A DNA stretch of 64,000 bases from Fibrobacterota bacterium (GTDB lineage Bacteria; Fibrobacterota; Fibrobacteria; UBA11236), in the NCBI GenBank assembly GCA_019509785.1, contig JAEKLQ010000027.1, positions 25,755 through 89,754 on the forward strand. Direction: 5' to 3'. Positions 40,768 to 49,916 of the stretch are shown piece by piece. The stretch's first letter is position 1. Each line of letters begins with the position of its first letter. A model generated the notes under the pieces. It searched no databases, was not told where the DNA came from, and was given only the letters and a program-made list of their open reading frames with translations. Made by a program: the position numbers and the translations under genes.

Positions 40768-41653
40768 CCGGGCGCTTGGGAGCGCGTCCCGAGCGGGGGC
40801 GTTTCCAAGCCCTATAGGTGCGCGCGTCCAGTCTCCCGGTAACGCGGCCTTGGTATCGCCCTTCTTTCTTCAGCTTCCCCTGCAACGCCATCACGTCTTC
40901 CCCTTCCGATCCGTAGGTAAGCGCGGTTCGGCCCGGTCCCAGCATCAGCTTTAGTGCTTCATCCGCCGGCGCGAGCAGGATGGGGAAGGCTGTTTGCGGG
41001 ACGGCATAAAGAAGCTTGTGAAAGGTCTGCCAGGGACCGCGATTGGACGGCGCATCCGACCGTCTCGGGCACAGCGGCAATCCGGCCACAACCATGCAAC
41101 CCGCGCTGCTGAATCCCGGCCCGAGGCCGTCCAGGTTCCAACCGCAGTGGAGGTTATCATAGGGGTTACCGTAGTACAGGGGTGACGTAGCCGAATAGGG
41201 CAGGCCCCGGGGGCTGCGCCGGTACAGCCGCGAGGCGGTCTGGCGCAGCGCCTGATGGCCGTTCAGCTTGCCTTGCAGATGCTCGCCCTTGGTCAAGTCC
41301 ACGTAGTAGCCCGGCTCCAATTGGTTGGTACCCCGCCCCCGCATGTTCCCTTTGCGGGCCGCCGCCTTGCGAACGTTATCCTTGTGGGGCACGGTCGATC
41401 CCGGGGCCGCGAATATCCTCCCGCCCGCCCGATCCCAGATCCCCAAGGTACAGCGCATATGCACATAGTCGACCCGGGCCCTATGAACGCGAAGGGAGCG
41501 GACCCAGCCAGAGGCGGGAGTTTCGGGAAGGGCCCCGCGCAGAGCGAACAGGACCAGCCCGGAAGTTGGCATGGGGAGACGATAGGCCCGGAACAAGCGC
41601 TCCAGGGCCGCGGAATCGAGACGGAACGGCTCGGAATCGGAACGGTCGGGCAT
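40739..41653 (-). CDS. Putative peptidoglycan-acting enzyme (YkuD-like H...SAGC motif) with C-terminal PG-binding domain
   Basis: NLHCGW...FSSAGCMVV; LTYGSEGEDVMALQGKL...TGRLDART PG_binding_1 pattern. Confidence 0.65.
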   Translation of the reverse strand: MPDRSDSEPFRLDSAALERLFRAYRLPMPTSGLVLFALRGALPETPASGWVRSLRVHRARVDYVHMRCTLGIWDRAGGRIFAAPGSTVPHKDNVRKAAARKGNMRGRGTNQLEPGYYVDLTKGEHLQGKLNGHQALRQTASRLYRRSPRGLPYSATSPLYYGNPYDNLHCGWNLDGLGPGFSSAGCMVVAGLPLCPRRSDAPSNRGPWQTFHKLLYAVPQTAFPILLAPADEALKLMLGPGRTALTYGSEGEDVMALQGKLKKEGRYQGRVTGRLDARTYRAWKRPRSGRAPKRPVRTSSGTGS

Positions 41654-41688
41654 GGGACCCAAGGTAATTAATTGGGCCTGGCCGGCCC

Positions 41689-41727
41689 GGTCTCAACATG
41701 CGACAGGCGTTCCAGCCCTTGTCGCAT
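41689..41727 (+). promoter_or_regulatory. Putative enhancer (UAS) upstream of hsp20
   Basis: GGTCTCAACATGCGACA (41689-41705) and TGTCGCAT (41720-41727); a similar site lies upstream of clpB. Confidence 0.5.
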
Positions 41728-41819
41728 TTCCGAATGCCTTCTCCCGGACGGACGCTTCGGAAGCCTTGGCGATGGGCCGATCCGCGCCTCTGGGCTGGTC
41801 CGTCCCATACTTGGAAGCA

Positions 41820-41835
41820 TGGCACGCAGGTTGCT
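41820..41835 (+). promoter_or_regulatory. Sigma-54 -24/-12 promoter of hsp20
   Basis: TGGCACGCAGGTTGCT is an exact match to TGGCACG-N4-TTGCW. Confidence 0.8.
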
Positions 41836-41891
41836 TTTCCAATGGTCATCCATGGGCCAAGGCCCGGAAAGGTTTCAAGGAGGACATCGCC

Positions 41892-42299
41892 ATGAACAAC
41901 TCTCTCGTTTACAACCCCGCCAAATGGCTCGACCAATTTTTCAACGACTTCGATTCGAACGGGTCGGCTAAGCAAGGTTTCGCTCCCGCCGTGGACGTCG
42001 TAGAGGACAAGGAAGAGTTCCTGCTGCGGGCCGAGTTGCCGGGCGTTCCCAAGGAGAACATCAAGGTCGAAGTGAAGGAGAACCGTTTGACCGTAAGCGG
42101 AAACAAGGAAAGCTTCCATAAGGATACCAAGGGCGAATACCGCTACGTGGAATCCAGCTATGGCGCCTTCTCCCGCACCTTCGAGCTTCCGCGCAACGTC
42201 CAAGGCGGCGAAATCAAAGCCGAGTACGCGCACGGAGTCCTGACCCTCAGGATCCCGAAGGCGAAGGAAGCCCTGTCCCGCACCATCGAGATCCGGTAA
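41892..42299 (+). CDS. Hsp20/alpha-crystallin small heat-shock protein
   Basis: PAVDVVE, AELPGV, YGAFSRTFELP, GVLTLRIPK, IEI; AGGAGG SD. Confidence 0.95.
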   Translation: MNNSLVYNPAKWLDQFFNDFDSNGSAKQGFAPAVDVVEDKEEFLLRAELPGVPKENIKVEVKENRLTVSGNKESFHKDTKGEYRYVESSYGAFSRTFELPRNVQGGEIKAEYAHGVLTLRIPKAKEALSRTIEIR

Positions 42300-42324
42300 T
42301 CGCACCCTCCGTTGGGAGGAATGG

Positions 42325-42352
42325 AGGGCGGGCCCAAGGGCCCGCCCTTTTT
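42325..42352 (+). terminator. Intrinsic terminator after hsp20
   Basis: AGGGCGGGCC-caag-GGCCCGCCCT followed by TTTT. Confidence 0.8.
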
Positions 42353-42363
42353 ACAGCGGAGTT

Positions 42364-42966
42364 TTAGAGGTAGCCGCGGTCCTTGAGCAGAACCAAGATC
42401 CTATCCACCGCCTGCTCCACCGTCTCGCGATCGGTATGCACGGTGAACTCGGGGTGTTCGGGGGGCTCGTAGGGAGAGGAGATGCCGGTGAATTGCGCGA
42501 TCTCCCCTTTGCGGGCCTTCACGTACAATCCTTTCGGATCACGCTTCTCGCATTCGGCGATGGGCGCGTCCACGAAAACCTCGATGAAGTCCGGGCCGAT
42601 AAGGTTGCGCGCCGATTCCCGTTCGTAGCGGAACGGGGAAATGAAGGAGACCAAGGTCAAGACATTGGCGTCCCATAGCAATTGGGCCACGTGGGACACG
42701 CGCCGGTTGTTCTCTTTCCGATCCGCCTCGCTGAATCCGAGATCGGAGTTCAGTCCCAGCCTCACGTTGTCCCCGTCGAGAAGGTACGAGAGGCGACCCA
42801 TCGCGTTGAGGCGCGCCTCCAAGGCGTTCGCGATGGTGGACTTTCCGCTTCCGGAAAGGCCCGTAAACCAAAGCACCGCGCTCCGGTTCCCGCTGATGCG
42901 GATGCGCGCGGCGCGATCCACGGTCACGCGGTGGCGCACGACGTTTTCGTTAGGCTTACCGTCCAT
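42364..42966 (-). CDS. cysC: Adenylyl-sulfate kinase
   Basis: WFTGLSGSGKST, LDGDNVR, FISP, RDPKGLY, FTGISSPYE. Confidence 0.97.
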   Translation of the reverse strand: MDGKPNENVVRHRVTVDRAARIRISGNRSAVLWFTGLSGSGKSTIANALEARLNAMGRLSYLLDGDNVRLGLNSDLGFSEADRKENNRRVSHVAQLLWDANVLTLVSFISPFRYERESARNLIGPDFIEVFVDAPIAECEKRDPKGLYVKARKGEIAQFTGISSPYEPPEHPEFTVHTDRETVEQAVDRILVLLKDRGYL

Positions 42967-42979
42967 GCTCAGAATCTAA

Positions 42980-44854
42980 TTACCGGATCGCGCCCGCGGA
43001 GCGCAAGCGCGCCAAGGCCGCGTCGACCAGCCCGGCCAAAGCCCCGGCTTCGGCATCCGCGGCGGCTTCCAAGGCGAGCGCGGCATGCGGCTTGACCTGG
43101 GCTTCCAAGGATCCGATGCCGTCGGTATCCAAGCCCCGGACCGCGGCCACGACGATCAAGCCGGCGTCGAGCAGCAAAGCGGCGGCCTCCCCCAGTTTGG
43201 CGGAAGGGGATTGCGCGTCCCAGCTCGCTTCGGCGGTGAGCGGCGATCCGCCCGCACGCGCGGCGGCATCCGTATCCCCCGGGACGGGGGCCCCATGGGC
43301 ATCTTCCGTCTTTCCGGGTTCGGCCAGCCCCAGATAGAAGGCATGACGGCCGAGGGCGGCGAGTTTCGCCTCGATGGCCTTGGCAGGACCGTGCGGGTCG
43401 CGACCGGGCCCCCCCACGACCACCAACAAGGCCGGTTTCTGGCCCAGCAGTTGGGCCCGGGAATCGGCGGGCAAAGAAGACCGGACCAAGGCGGTCACCG
43501 CGGGTCCCTGCACCTGGACCTCATCGGGTAGGGCCTCGCGGATGATGCCTCCGCCCGCGATTTCGTACTGATCCACGATCACGAAACGGCCGGTGGCCTC
43601 CAGGCGGGCGATGGGATCGAAGGCAAGCGGCTTGGAAAGTTCGATGACGCAATCGGCCACGTCATGGCGTTCGACGGCGGACTTCGTTTCCGCTCCGGCG
43701 GTTTCCGAAGCGTCGATGAGGTAATTGATCCGTTCCAGCCGGCAGGGGATCTTGGCGGTACCGAGCTTAAGGAAATAGGTCTTGCCGGCCGCGAAAGGTT
43801 TTTTCCCCATCCAGAACAGGTTGATGCGCAAGCGGCGCGCGACTTCGGCCGGGGCCTCCGAGGCGATCACCGCGAGTTCGCCGCGTCCGATGTAGATCTG
43901 CTGCGCGAGGGTGAGCCCGGTCGAATAGCCGACGCCGATCTCGTTCCGCTTGGCGGCGTGAAAGGCCTCGATGGAGGCGACGCGGCTCTTCTTGCCGGAA
44001 GGCAGGAAAACGACTTCGTCCCCGACCTTGACCGACCCCGATTCCACCCGGCCCGTCACGATGCGGCGATCGTCGCCCAGGGAAGTGAACTTATACACGT
44101 CCTGGACGGGCATGCGGAAGGGCTGGTTGGCCTTGGGAGGTTCCTTCTCGAAGGCGTCCATGGCGGCCAGCACGTTCGGGCCCTTGTACCAGGCCATCTT
44201 ATCCGAAGCCTTCGTGAGGTTCTCGCCGTTGAAGGCCGAGATGGGGATGAAGAATTTCGGCGTGGCCCCGATGCGGGCCAAGAAGGCGATGAACTCGTCG
44301 CGGATGTCCTCGAAGGCCTCCCGCGAATAGCCCACGAGATCCATCTTGTTAACCACCACCGCGATCTGCTTGATGCCCAGCATGGAAAGGAGGTAGCCGT
44401 GGCGCTTGCTGTTCTCCCGGATGCCTTCCTTGGCATCGATGACCAGTACCGCCGCTTCGGCGCGGGCCGCCCCGGTCACCATGTTCTTCAGGAATTCGAT
44501 GTGCCCCGGAGCATCGATGATGATGTAGTCGCGCTTCCCGGACTTGAAGAAGGTGCGCGCGGTATCGATGGTGATGCCCTGGGCTTGTTCGTCCTTGAGG
44601 GCGTCCAGCAGGAAAGCGTATTCGAACGGGCGCGAATTGCGTTCGCAGAATGCGCGCACCGACTCCAATTTTCCGTCGGGCAGCGATCCCGTATCGGCCA
44701 GGAGCCGGCCCACCACGGTGCTCTTGCCATGGTCCACATGGCCCACGATGACGATGTTCATGCGGATGCGGCCCTCGACCTTGCCGGCCGTGTCGGCGGA
44801 ATAGGTGGGGATGGCGATGCGGGTCTGTTCCATTTTCGGTTCCTGTGCGGTCAT
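42980..44854 (-). CDS. cysN: Sulfate adenylyltransferase large subunit with degenerate C-terminal APS-kinase-like domain
   Basis: [35 protein letters not shown]. Confidence 0.93.
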   Translation of the reverse strand: MTAQEPKMEQTRIAIPTYSADTAGKVEGRIRMNIVIVGHVDHGKSTVVGRLLADTGSLPDGKLESVRAFCERNSRPFEYAFLLDALKDEQAQGITIDTARTFFKSGKRDYIIIDAPGHIEFLKNMVTGAARAEAAVLVIDAKEGIRENSKRHGYLLSMLGIKQIAVVVNKMDLVGYSREAFEDIRDEFIAFLARIGATPKFFIPISAFNGENLTKASDKMAWYKGPNVLAAMDAFEKEPPKANQPFRMPVQDVYKFTSLGDDRRIVTGRVESGSVKVGDEVVFLPSGKKSRVASIEAFHAAKRNEIGVGYSTGLTLAQQIYIGRGELAVIASEAPAEVARRLRINLFWMGKKPFAAGKTYFLKLGTAKIPCRLERINYLIDASETAGAETKSAVERHDVADCVIELSKPLAFDPIARLEATGRFVIVDQYEIAGGGIIREALPDEVQVQGPAVTALVRSSLPADSRAQLLGQKPALLVVVGGPGRDPHGPAKAIEAKLAALGRHAFYLGLAEPGKTEDAHGAPVPGDTDAAARAGGSPLTAEASWDAQSPSAKLGEAAALLLDAGLIVVAAVRGLDTDGIGSLEAQVKPHAALALEAAADAEAGALAGLVDAALARLRSAGAIR

Positions 44855-44860
44855 CGTTGC

Positions 44861-45748
44861 TTACATGTATCCGTCGCGGCGGAGCGTCTCCAGCCCGCCG
44901 CCGTCTTCCTTATCCTGGGCCCGGCCGGAGCGTTCCGCGATGTTCACGAACTTCCCGGTCTTGAGCTCGGCCACGATCTCGGAGACGTTCTTCGCGGTCG
45001 ATTCCACCGGGGTGGTGCAAGGGTAGCATCCCAGCGACCGGTAGCGCTTGCCGTTGCCCTGATCGAAGTAGAGATCGATGATCGGGATGTTCTCGCGTTC
45101 GATGTATTCCCAGATGTTGAGCTCGGTCCAATCCAGCAAGGGATGGATGCGCAGATGGGTGCCGGGCGCGAAATCGGTCTTGAACTGGTTCCACAATTCG
45201 GGCGGCTGATCGCCCACGTCCCATTCGTTGTTCTTATCGCGGGGCGAGAAATAGCGTTCCTTCGAACGCGAGCCTTCTTCATCCGCCCGGGCGCCGACGA
45301 TCACGCCCGTATAGGGCTCCTTGTTCTTGTCCAGTTCATACTTCCCGGTCTGGAGGTTGAGCCGGTAGCGAGGCCATTCGCCCGAAAGCGTATTCCGCAG
45401 CGCGTCGGTCTTCAGGGCCTTGCAGCATTGCAGGCGCGTGATTTTCCCGTTGGGGAAGGTTTCGCCCCTGGCCAGGGCTTCCTTATTTTGGCCATAAACC
45501 ATGGTCAAATTCCAATCCATGGCCAGCTTGTCGCGGTAGGTGATCATGGCCGGGATCTTGTACGAGGTATCGATATGCACCAGGGTGATCGGTACATGGC
45601 CGAAGAAGGCCTTGCGCGCCAACCAGAGCAAGACGGTGCTGTCCTTGCCGATGGACCAGAGCATGGCAAGGCTCTTGAAATTGGCGTAGGCCTCGCGCAG
45701 GATGTACACGCTTTGGTTTTCGAGTTGGTCCAAATGATCTTGCTGCAT
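44861..45748 (-). CDS. cysD: Sulfate adenylyltransferase small subunit
   Basis: [40 protein letters not shown]. Confidence 0.97.
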   Translation of the reverse strand: MQQDHLDQLENQSVYILREAYANFKSLAMLWSIGKDSTVLLWLARKAFFGHVPITLVHIDTSYKIPAMITYRDKLAMDWNLTMVYGQNKEALARGETFPNGKITRLQCCKALKTDALRNTLSGEWPRYRLNLQTGKYELDKNKEPYTGVIVGARADEEGSRSKERYFSPRDKNNEWDVGDQPPELWNQFKTDFAPGTHLRIHPLLDWTELNIWEYIERENIPIIDLYFDQGNGKRYRSLGCYPCTTPVESTAKNVSEIVAELKTGKFVNIAERSGRAQDKEDGGGLETLRRDGYM

Positions 45749-46016
45749 GGGTATTTCCGCTCCGGCCGGCTAATCTAACATATTATTTCAATGGGGATAA
45801 GATTGGGCCCACACCTCATTCTAAAGCCATTAATTTCGATTATTAAAGGGGATTTATATCCTATATTGTCTATATGATTAAAAGAAATCGAATATACCAT
45901 ACTTGTTTTATAGGTTTTCTTCCAAGGTGATGTTTTTTCAGGAATATATTCTTCCAGCTAAGCGTCCTATAGAAAGGGATGTGGTTCGTTAGAATCCTCC
46001 GCCGGGAGAAAAGCAA

Positions 46017-46556
46017 ATGAGACCCAGACTTGATCGATTCATCCCCGTCGTGGTGGCCGCGCTCGGTATGGGGGTGCTGTTAACCGGGTGCGATTCGAGC
46101 CCGAACGGGAGCGATGGCGGCACCCAGGACGGGACATATATGACGGCCCTGATCGATGGAAAGCCTTGGTACGCGGAGATGGGCGCCAGTTTTTCCGTCA
46201 GGCCTCCCGGAGATACCGGATCAGACGAGTCATTGCCGCCTGGGATAATTGGCGTTGACCTGAACAACAACTCATTCAGCTTTGCTATTCCGACCGACCA
46301 ACCCGATAGCGTGCCCTTGGATAGCATTCCAGGGAAACATATCGGTGAATTCACGAAGGATGGGTATTTCTTTTTCACGCGTTCGGGTTATGTCAAATTC
46401 ACCCGGGTATCGGGCACCCAGGTGGAAGGGATTTTCGCTTGCGAAATGGTGGCGATACCCGAATACGAGGATTCGCTTAAGGTGATCCAGGTGACGAACG
46501 GGAAATTCCTGGCCAAGGCAGTGGTCGTACCGAGCGCGAAAATCCCAAGCCCTTAA
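46017..46556 (+). CDS. Hypothetical lipoprotein
   Basis: LLTGC lipobox; MTALIDGKPW, VEGIF, VTNGKF. Confidence 0.7.
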   Translation: MRPRLDRFIPVVVAALGMGVLLTGCDSSPNGSDGGTQDGTYMTALIDGKPWYAEMGASFSVRPPGDTGSDESLPPGIIGVDLNNNSFSFAIPTDQPDSVPLDSIPGKHIGEFTKDGYFFFTRSGYVKFTRVSGTQVEGIFACEMVAIPEYEDSLKVIQVTNGKFLAKAVVVPSAKIPSP

Positions 46557-46672
46557 GGAATTCCTCTTGCCGGGCCGACGTCCCGGAAACCGGCGCCTAA
46601 AGCGGCATCCGGGAAAGCCCGTATTGCCGTGGGAGACCCATTAACCCATATTTATCCGATAAAGGGGTCCCC

Positions 46673-47470
46673 ATGGCCATCTCCGGCTCCGCCGTTATCC
46701 TATCCACCTTGCTGCTCGAGAAGAACCGATCCAATGGCAAGGGACCCAGTTTGCTGGTGAGCGATTGGGTGGAAGACGCCGGCGAGGCGGGATTCACTGG
46801 CCTCGAAATCTGGATCAACCATCTCCTGTTTTCCTCGCGCTCGGAGTGGGAGCTCATTCGCGAGCACGCCGGGGATGCGGACCTGCCTATCGCCGCCCTG
46901 GCCGCGACCCTTCCCTGGGACGGATCGGACAAGAGCCAACGTTTCCGCGAAACCATCCTCGAAGCATGCGATTACTTCCGGCCGGACGCCCTGAAGCTGG
47001 GAATATCGGACCTGGGTTCCGAGGAGGCCCTGGGGTTCCTCAAGGATTGGTCCCGGGACGTACCCCGGGATAGCCTCCTGCTGGTGGATGGAGGGGAAGG
47101 CGTCCTCGCGGGCGCATTGGCGCAAGCCAAGACGGCATTGGGGGACGGCCGTTTCAAGGGCGTGCTACGTCCTTTCCTGTTCGCGCCCAAAGAACTGGAA
47201 GCCGCATTCGAAAAGGCCGGCGATTTCATAGCCAATCTGGGAGTCCAAGCCCGCAAGGGCGGCCAGCGCATCTTGCTGGAAGAGAACGCCGACGAAAATC
47301 TGAAAATCCTCTCCCTGCTGCGCAGCCGGAATTTCACGGGGACTTGGACGTTGGAGTCGACGAAGGGCGCGGGGCTTCCCGGCGAGAGCATCGAGAAAAT
47401 GTTCGACAACGCCGAGAAGGATCTCAATTTCCTTGTCGAGGCCCAGGCGAAAAAAGCCAAGTCCCGTTGA
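46673..47470 (+). CDS. Divergent xylose-isomerase-like TIM-barrel protein
   Basis: AGFTGLEIW and FTGTWTLE segments typical of AP_endonuc_2 barrels. Confidence 0.55.
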   Translation: MAISGSAVILSTLLLEKNRSNGKGPSLLVSDWVEDAGEAGFTGLEIWINHLLFSSRSEWELIREHAGDADLPIAALAATLPWDGSDKSQRFRETILEACDYFRPDALKLGISDLGSEEALGFLKDWSRDVPRDSLLLVDGGEGVLAGALAQAKTALGDGRFKGVLRPFLFAPKELEAAFEKAGDFIANLGVQARKGGQRILLEENADENLKILSLLRSRNFTGTWTLESTKGAGLPGESIEKMFDNAEKDLNFLVEAQAKKAKSR

Positions 47471-47503
47471 GCGGGGCCGCGATCCGGCGCCGCGTTCGGA
47501 CGA

Positions 47504-47920
47504 TCAGGTGCTGCGGCCGGAGATGGCGCCCATGTACTTGTCGAATCCCACCCATTTGATCAAGAACGAGTAGTAGATCTGGTTTTCCGCCAGCTTGGCG
47601 CCCTCCATATCCACGTCCACGTTGTTCACTTCCCCGGGTAGGGATTGATCCTGGGGCTCGTAGACGACGGGTCGGATCTGGGCGAGGTCGATCCCTTTGC
47701 CGGCGGGCAAATGCCCGGGCTGATCTTGGGCGGCGGCGAGCTTTGCCTTGAGCGCCTTCTGCAATTGCTCCTCGAAATCCACTTCCTTGCGCTTGTAGCC
47801 GGGCGTTTGGACGTTGGCCAGGTTTTCGGAGATGGCTTTGGCCCGCAGGGTGCTCGCGTCGAGCGCCTTATAGGCCATTTGGCGGGTGTCCCCGCCGAAG
47901 AGGAAGTTGCGAATGTCCAC
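47504..47920 (-). CDS. flgB: Flagellar basal-body rod protein FlgB
   Basis: ISENLANVQTPGYKRKEVDF, NNVDVDMEGAKLAENQIYY; GTG start. Confidence 0.92.
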   Translation of the reverse strand: MDIRNFLFGGDTRQMAYKALDASTLRAKAISENLANVQTPGYKRKEVDFEEQLQKALKAKLAAAQDQPGHLPAGKGIDLAQIRPVVYEPQDQSLPGEVNNVDVDMEGAKLAENQIYYSFLIKWVGFDKYMGAISGRST

Positions 47921-47934
47921 GGGGCGCTAAGGAA

Positions 47935-47950
47935 AGCAAGGCCCGTTCCA
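47935..47950 (-). promoter_or_regulatory. Sigma-54 -24/-12 promoter of flgB
   Basis: Minus strand TGGAACGGGCCTTGCT (GG-N10-GC). Confidence 0.7.
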
Positions 47951-48132
47951 AACGAAGCATGGGCCGTAACCGGCGCGTTTCGGCCCTGTCAATGGACTCA
48001 TCGACGAAGGCGGCAAAAAAGGGCGGGAAAGTTTTGCCAGGCGGCAATATCTCCCCGCGACCCTTTCCGGCCTTATTCCTATTTCGGGAATCCCGGATGC
48101 GGACTTGAGCGGTTTTTACCGGACGATGTGAT

Positions 48133-49629
48133 TCAGTGGCTGAAACGCTTGGCCGCGAGGCCTTCCGGCGATATCACGCTCAGGAAATAGTTTCCGGCCG
48201 GCAGTCCCTGCACGGGAATGGCCTGCAGCTGCGGGCCCGGGATGGAACCCGAGCGCAGGATTTTACCGGCCAGGGAAATCAACTCCCAACGGGCGGGCAA
48301 GCGGCCAGGCCAAGCCAGTTCCAGACGGTCCCCGCGCAGGGTGGCTTCCGGATAGGCGCGCATCCCGCGGCGGGCGGCCAAGCGGGTCGGAGGCGCGGAA
48401 AGGGCGCGATAGAAGATATGCGCCAGGGAATCCTGGCCCGCTTTGTTGGGGTGCACGCCGTCCGGGACCAGGCTTTTCAGGTTCTGGAAAGGGGTGTTGG
48501 GATCGATGATGGGAAGGCCCTTATCCGCCGCGACCAGGCGTATGGCGGGAATGGTGGAGTCCTTGATGATGTCGTTGCTGATGCCGTTGTAGGGCCAAGC
48601 GCCGTTCACTTGCCAGGCGGGCACGGGCAAAACCGCCCAAACGACGGGATGCGAAGGGATGCCGCGCAACGTATCCACCATGGCACGGTAATCCCGCACG
48701 TACCGGGCCTTGTTCCAGTCCGCGGCGCGGGAATCGTTGGTGCCGAGTTTAACGGTGATGATATTCGGTTTCAGGGCGAACACCTGCGGAAGCCTTCCGA
48801 GCTTCCCCCAATAGGAAGAAGCGGGTTGCGCGTCCTTCTGCATGTACAGGCCGGTAACGCCGTCGTTCTCGACGAAATAACCGCGGCCCAGCAGCATATT
48901 CAATCGGATCGGATACGCGTCCGCTTCCACCGCGTCCGCGGCGGATCCCGGAAATGCGTAGTCCGTAATGCTGTTTCCGATGCACGCGATGCGGGTGGCT
49001 TTTTCCTTGAAGGCCCGGAAGATGGCGGTGGCGATGGAGTCGGCGCCTTCGTCATTTGGGTGTACGCCGTCCGAGAAGAGGGCGCTCTTATTGAGCAAGG
49101 GCGTATGGGTATCGATGATATTGAGATTGTTGCTCTGTGCGACCTGCTTGATGAGGGGGATCACTTCGTTCTCGATGACGGTTCCGCTGATGCTGAAGCC
49201 GTTCGCCCAGGCGGGCGCAGGCAGGCAGAGCCAAATCTGGGGTTTCGGGGAAATCCGGCCCAGGGTATCGATCAAGGATTGCAGATCCTGGGCGAAGTCG
49301 GCCTTATGGGTCCAATTGTAATCCTTGGAATCGTTGGTGCCGAGCTTGATGGAGATGATATCCGGCTTGAAGGCGAAGACGTTCGCCAGCTTTCCCTTGG
49401 TCCAATACGGCGTATCGCCCTTCTTGAGCAAGGTGCAGCCGGATACGCCGTCGTTCTCCACCTGGAAGGCCGGCCCCAGCTTGTTTCCCAATTGGATGGG
49501 GTAGGCGACGGTGGCACCGGCGCCCTCCGTGATGCTATTGCCGATGCAGGCCCACTTGATGGGCCGCGTGGTCTGGGCCTGCCCCAGCGCTAGGGCGGCG
49601 GCAAGGAACATGGGAACGATTCTAAGCAT
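48133..49629 (-). CDS. Secreted tandem SGNH/GDSL esterase with Por-like tail
   Basis: Two copies of ACIGNSIT / KLGTNDS / DGVHPN; C-terminal SLAGK...LPAGNYFL. Confidence 0.88.
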   Translation of the reverse strand: MLRIVPMFLAAALALGQAQTTRPIKWACIGNSITEGAGATVAYPIQLGNKLGPAFQVENDGVSGCTLLKKGDTPYWTKGKLANVFAFKPDIISIKLGTNDSKDYNWTHKADFAQDLQSLIDTLGRISPKPQIWLCLPAPAWANGFSISGTVIENEVIPLIKQVAQSNNLNIIDTHTPLLNKSALFSDGVHPNDEGADSIATAIFRAFKEKATRIACIGNSITDYAFPGSAADAVEADAYPIRLNMLLGRGYFVENDGVTGLYMQKDAQPASSYWGKLGRLPQVFALKPNIITVKLGTNDSRAADWNKARYVRDYRAMVDTLRGIPSHPVVWAVLPVPAWQVNGAWPYNGISNDIIKDSTIPAIRLVAADKGLPIIDPNTPFQNLKSLVPDGVHPNKAGQDSLAHIFYRALSAPPTRLAARRGMRAYPEATLRGDRLELAWPGRLPARWELISLAGKILRSGSIPGPQLQAIPVQGLPAGNYFLSVISPEGLAAKRFSH

Positions 49630-49787
49630 TCTTCTCTCTACTGGATATGGCCGCTAGGTCGCGGCCGATTCGGCATGGAAAGCCCGGTTCCGTCTGGAAC
49701 CCGAACAGGAATGGGATTTGAGGGTAAATATAGGCAGCCGGACGAAGTACGCTTCGGGAAACATCGAGGCAGCCTTCCTCGCCAAAT

Positions 49788-49825
49788 CGTCTCACTGGAG
49801 GAAACGCATGTCTCAACGTGGCACA
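49788..49825 (+). promoter_or_regulatory. Putative enhancer (UAS) upstream of clpB
   Basis: CGTCTCA (49788-49794) and TGTCTCAACGTGGCACA (49809-49825). Confidence 0.5.
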
Positions 49826-49887
49826 TCGATGGACCGGCCATGGGCGAATTTATCTTAAAAATAAGGCCTATCGGTCCGGGTACCTTC

Positions 49888-49903
49888 CGGCACCCGCTTT
49901 GCT
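49888..49903 (+). promoter_or_regulatory. Sigma-54 -24/-12 promoter motif of clpB
   Basis: CGGCACCCGCTTTGCT (GG-N10-GC), 13 bp before the ATG. Confidence 0.65.
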
Positions 49904-49916
49904 TTTTGGGGGCTCT

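Noticed and set aside
49818..49833. TGGCAC at 49819 as a sigma-54 -24 box
   Set aside because: There is no GC at the -12 position; it is part of the putative enhancer site instead.
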